The notes under the pieces: generated by a model
The model's database searches: none
Seen by the model: only the letters and a program-made list of their open reading frames with translations
Told to the model about the DNA's origin: nothing
Shown here: positions 26,586-29,281 of the stretch, piece after piece
How the letters are laid out: each line of letters begins with the position of its first letter
How positions within the stretch are numbered: the first letter of the stretch is position 1
Source of the DNA: Nanobdellati archaeon
Lineage (GTDB): Archaea > EX4484-52 > GLR71
Direction: 5' to 3'
DNA length: 29,281 nt
Assembly: GCA_019429125.1 (NCBI GenBank)
Contig: JAHYJO010000016.1
Span: 1 to 29,281, forward strand
Position numbers and translations under genes: made by a program

Positions 26586-27485
26586 ATGGGACAATCAAAT
26601 AAAGAACAAGCAGGTACCATCAAGGGTATAACGAATAGAGCTAATAAAATCCTAAAAATATATGATAAAAAAACATTGAACTCTGCACTAACAATATCTG
26701 TCATAGGTTTTATACTCTTTATTTTTAATCAGTTTGTATTATCTTTATTTTTATTGCCACCCATAAGCCTGATTATAATGCTTTTTTCAATAGTTAGTAT
26801 GGTTGTACCTCTTATATCATTACAATATAAACATTTCCAGAAAATGAAAAACATAGAATCAAACTTTCCTAATTTTATAAAAGCCATATCTGAAGGACTA
26901 TCAAGTAATATGTCTCTTCCGCAGTCCGTTAAATATGCCGCTAAAAGCAATTTTGGTGAGCTGTCACCTTACATAAATATGATGGTCTCTCAGATGTCCT
27001 GGGGTATATCTTTTGAGAAAGCCTTCCATGGCATGGCTGAATCAATAAACAACCGTCTTATAACTCGAGCAACATCAACAATCATCGAGGCACATACATA
27101 CGGTGGTAAAATCTCGACCGCAATGGCTGCAATAGGTGAATCTATAACTGATATTGAAAAATTAAGACGTGAGCGGATCTCAAGCATATCGAGCCAGATG
27201 ATGCAAGGTTACATCATATTTTTTGTATTTATAGGTGTCATGATAGGTCTTGTTGTATTTTTACTGCCTATCTTGGGGTCTGATACATTAGGCGGTACTG
27301 GTGTAGCTAATGCCAATCTAGTTTCTGAATATACAACAAAATTCAGGCACTTATCTGTCATCCAAGGATTCTTTTCAGGTATTGCGATAGGAAAACTTTC
27401 AGAAGGCTCAATATCTGCAGGTTTTAAGCATGCTGCAATAATGTCATTTATCGGTTATGCTGCATTATTGCTTACGACTCTTTAA
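26586..27485 (+). CDS. Second T2SS-F domain (TadB/TadC-like) pilus platform protein
   Basis: IESNFPNFI, SNMSLPQS, FGELS, SWGISFEKA and QGFFSGIAIGKLSEGSISAGFKH. Confidence 0.9.
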   Translation: MGQSNKEQAGTIKGITNRANKILKIYDKKTLNSALTISVIGFILFIFNQFVLSLFLLPPISLIIMLFSIVSMVVPLISLQYKHFQKMKNIESNFPNFIKAISEGLSSNMSLPQSVKYAAKSNFGELSPYINMMVSQMSWGISFEKAFHGMAESINNRLITRATSTIIEAHTYGGKISTAMAAIGESITDIEKLRRERISSISSQMMQGYIIFFVFIGVMIGLVVFLLPILGSDTLGGTGVANANLVSEYTTKFRHLSVIQGFFSGIAIGKLSEGSISAGFKHAAIMSFIGYAALLLTTL

Positions 27486-27545
27486 AAACTATTTATATAC
27501 ATCTTGCATAAAATATATTAAGTGATATTGGTGTCAATTATTAAA

Positions 27546-28013
27546 ATGTCAAAAAAGAAAGGGCTTTCCCCCTTAATAGCTACCATTCTATTAATTGTAT
27601 TTACAATAGGCATCGCAACAATAATAATCTCTTGGATGAACACATATACAAAAGATGCAACTCTTGACGCAAACACTAATACACAAAGTATGCTGGATTG
27701 TACTAATACGAATATTGATATCGATAAGGTCTACATCCTTTCAGAGAACAGTGTAAAGGTGATTGCGCGAAACACAGGCCACAAAACATTGATGTTGAAA
27801 GAGGCATTTGTCTGGGATGTGAATGGTACAAGATGCAATCTTAACATAACTGAGGAGATTTTAGGTAAAAGTGAATCAATTGAACTGGTAAACGATTCAT
27901 GCTTGACGACATTCACAACAGGTTGCCCTGAATTTGGAATGGCTACCGTATCAACAACATGCAGTATGACTTCCAAAGTGGTAGAACTCTCAAATATTGT
28001 ATGTAATGTTTAA
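27546..28013 (+). CDS. Archaeal type IV pilin (class III signal peptide)
   Basis: MSKKKG|LSPLIATILLIVFTI. Confidence 0.9.
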   Translation: MSKKKGLSPLIATILLIVFTIGIATIIISWMNTYTKDATLDANTNTQSMLDCTNTNIDIDKVYILSENSVKVIARNTGHKTLMLKEAFVWDVNGTRCNLNITEEILGKSESIELVNDSCLTTFTTGCPEFGMATVSTTCSMTSKVVELSNIVCNV

Positions 28014-28095
28014 AGTAAAAAAACAAGAAAAGATATATATATAATTTATGCTTGAAATAATATATAGCATGTTAAATATGGATTAATTGATTTTT

Positions 28096-28593
28096 ATGGA
28101 ACGGAAAGGTGTATCACCACTTATTGCAGCAGTTTTACTGATAGCTTTCACTATGGCCTTGACAGCACTTCTTACTGCATGGGTTACTCAGTTTACAAAA
28201 ACACAGCAGGATGACACCGTAAAATACCAGAAAAAGATAGAATGTTCAGGTTCAAATTTTATAATTAATAATGATTTCACGCGCATATTCCATAATGAGA
28301 CAGGTGACTATATTTCAGTTAGGCTTGAAAACATAGGTTTCAACGATGTCTGGATTGAAAAGATTGTTGTTTGGTATAGTAATAGGACTTTGCCAGAATA
28401 TCTTGATATCGAGCAATTCAGCATTCCTGAAGATAAAGATATAGTTCAATCTATAGATATTTATAAATCTGAAACTGGCTTAAACCTTGAATCTAATGTA
28501 GGTGATTTAAAAAAGATACAATTCATGTCTAGCTGTGATGGTGTCTGGTTTATTTTAGAACGTCCAGTAATTGGTTGGAACACAAAATTATAA
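28096..28593 (+). CDS. Archaeal type IV pilin (class III signal peptide)
   Basis: MERKG|VSPLIAAVLLIAFTM. Confidence 0.9.
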   Translation: MERKGVSPLIAAVLLIAFTMALTALLTAWVTQFTKTQQDDTVKYQKKIECSGSNFIINNDFTRIFHNETGDYISVRLENIGFNDVWIEKIVVWYSNRTLPEYLDIEQFSIPEDKDIVQSIDIYKSETGLNLESNVGDLKKIQFMSSCDGVWFILERPVIGWNTKL

Positions 28594-28627
28594 TATTTAA
28601 TTTGATATGATTACTTGGCGTATATAT

Positions 28628-29095
28628 ATGATATTTAACAAAAAACGAAAAGGCATAAGTCCTCTGATTGCAGTAGTCCTTTTAATAGTGTTTACTGTTG
28701 CGATTTCAACAATCATAATCAGTTGGATGAATGACTACACAAAAAAAATAACATCTGATGCGTCTGAAAATACTGCTGTTGTAGTTTCTTGTGCAAAACA
28801 GGTAATCAATATCCCGACATCAATTGGTATTCAGACAAATTCATCAGGATATGTAACTGTATTGGTTGAAAACATAGGACAGGCAGAGACCACAATAAAG
28901 CAGATACTGGCTATTGATAATGCTTCAAATATGTGTTCAATTAATATCACAAACGCAACAATTGCAATTGGCGACATCGGTGTTTTCGGACCTATGGATT
29001 GTTCCAGTACATTTGGTACTATCACTCCAACATTGACAACAGTAAGGGCAACAACTACTTGTGGCGGTATTGCTGACGAATGGACAGGCAACTAA
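28628..29095 (+). CDS. Archaeal type IV pilin (class III signal peptide)
   Basis: MIFNKKRKG|ISPLIAVVLLIVFTV. Confidence 0.9.
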   Translation: MIFNKKRKGISPLIAVVLLIVFTVAISTIIISWMNDYTKKITSDASENTAVVVSCAKQVINIPTSIGIQTNSSGYVTVLVENIGQAETTIKQILAIDNASNMCSINITNATIAIGDIGVFGPMDCSSTFGTITPTLTTVRATTTCGGIADEWTGN

Positions 29096-29154
29096 CATTT
29101 TTTTATATTTTAATTTTATCTCTAATTAGTTTTACATGATTTTATAGAACTATC

Positions 29155-29281
29155 GTATTTGTTTAGCAAATTCTCCTACATTTTTATATATTTATAGTCT
29201 ACATAACCGAAAAACAAAAATTCAAGTAGATTTTATTATAATATATGGATTGTTTACAAAATATAGATAATATGGAACGAT
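29155..29281 (+). mobile_element. Left end of another IS66-family element, truncated by window end
   Basis: GTATTTGTTTAGCAAA TIR, the shared ATAACCGAAAAACAAAAAT motif, and ATG 29245 encoding MDCLQNIDNMER, homologous to MDLISNIDNMEK at 8249. Confidence 0.9.

Overview
AT-rich archaeal DNA, most likely from a DPANN lineage (inferred from the euryarchaeal-type PolB, type II MetAP, eS26-like protein, class III signal-peptide pilins and an 'ITG...WILGLFG'-tailed surface protein). There are three zones. (1) 0.2-3.1 kb holds surface-glycan genes (GT2, GT4, NAD-dependent epimerase) next to the end of an ISNCY-like element. (2) 3.4-12.8 kb is a co-oriented mosaic of intact and fragmented YhcG/DUF1016, AlbA_2/RecG-C-like, Bro-N and MNT-HEPN genes. 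It is hit by an ISNCY-like element (itself interrupted by an IS66-derived MITE), a single-ORF IS66 and an IS630. (3) 12.9-29.1 kb is core genome: intein-containing PolB, a surface protein, map, a coiled-coil/wHTH protein, a 1.7-kb non-coding region with helically phased TTAYRTAA boxes and a (TCTA)23 tract, eS26, and a type IV pilus locus, followed by the start of another IS66. The most unusual signals are: codon-registered DNA palindromes encoding the variable peptide of all three Bro-N and both YhcG N-domain paralogs; the iteron-like array beside an uncharacterised wHTH gene; nine TTTGACA boxes inside the pilus locus; and an identical 19-bp upstream motif shared by IS66 and IS630 transposases. 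All family calls are from motif recognition by eye, not database searches.
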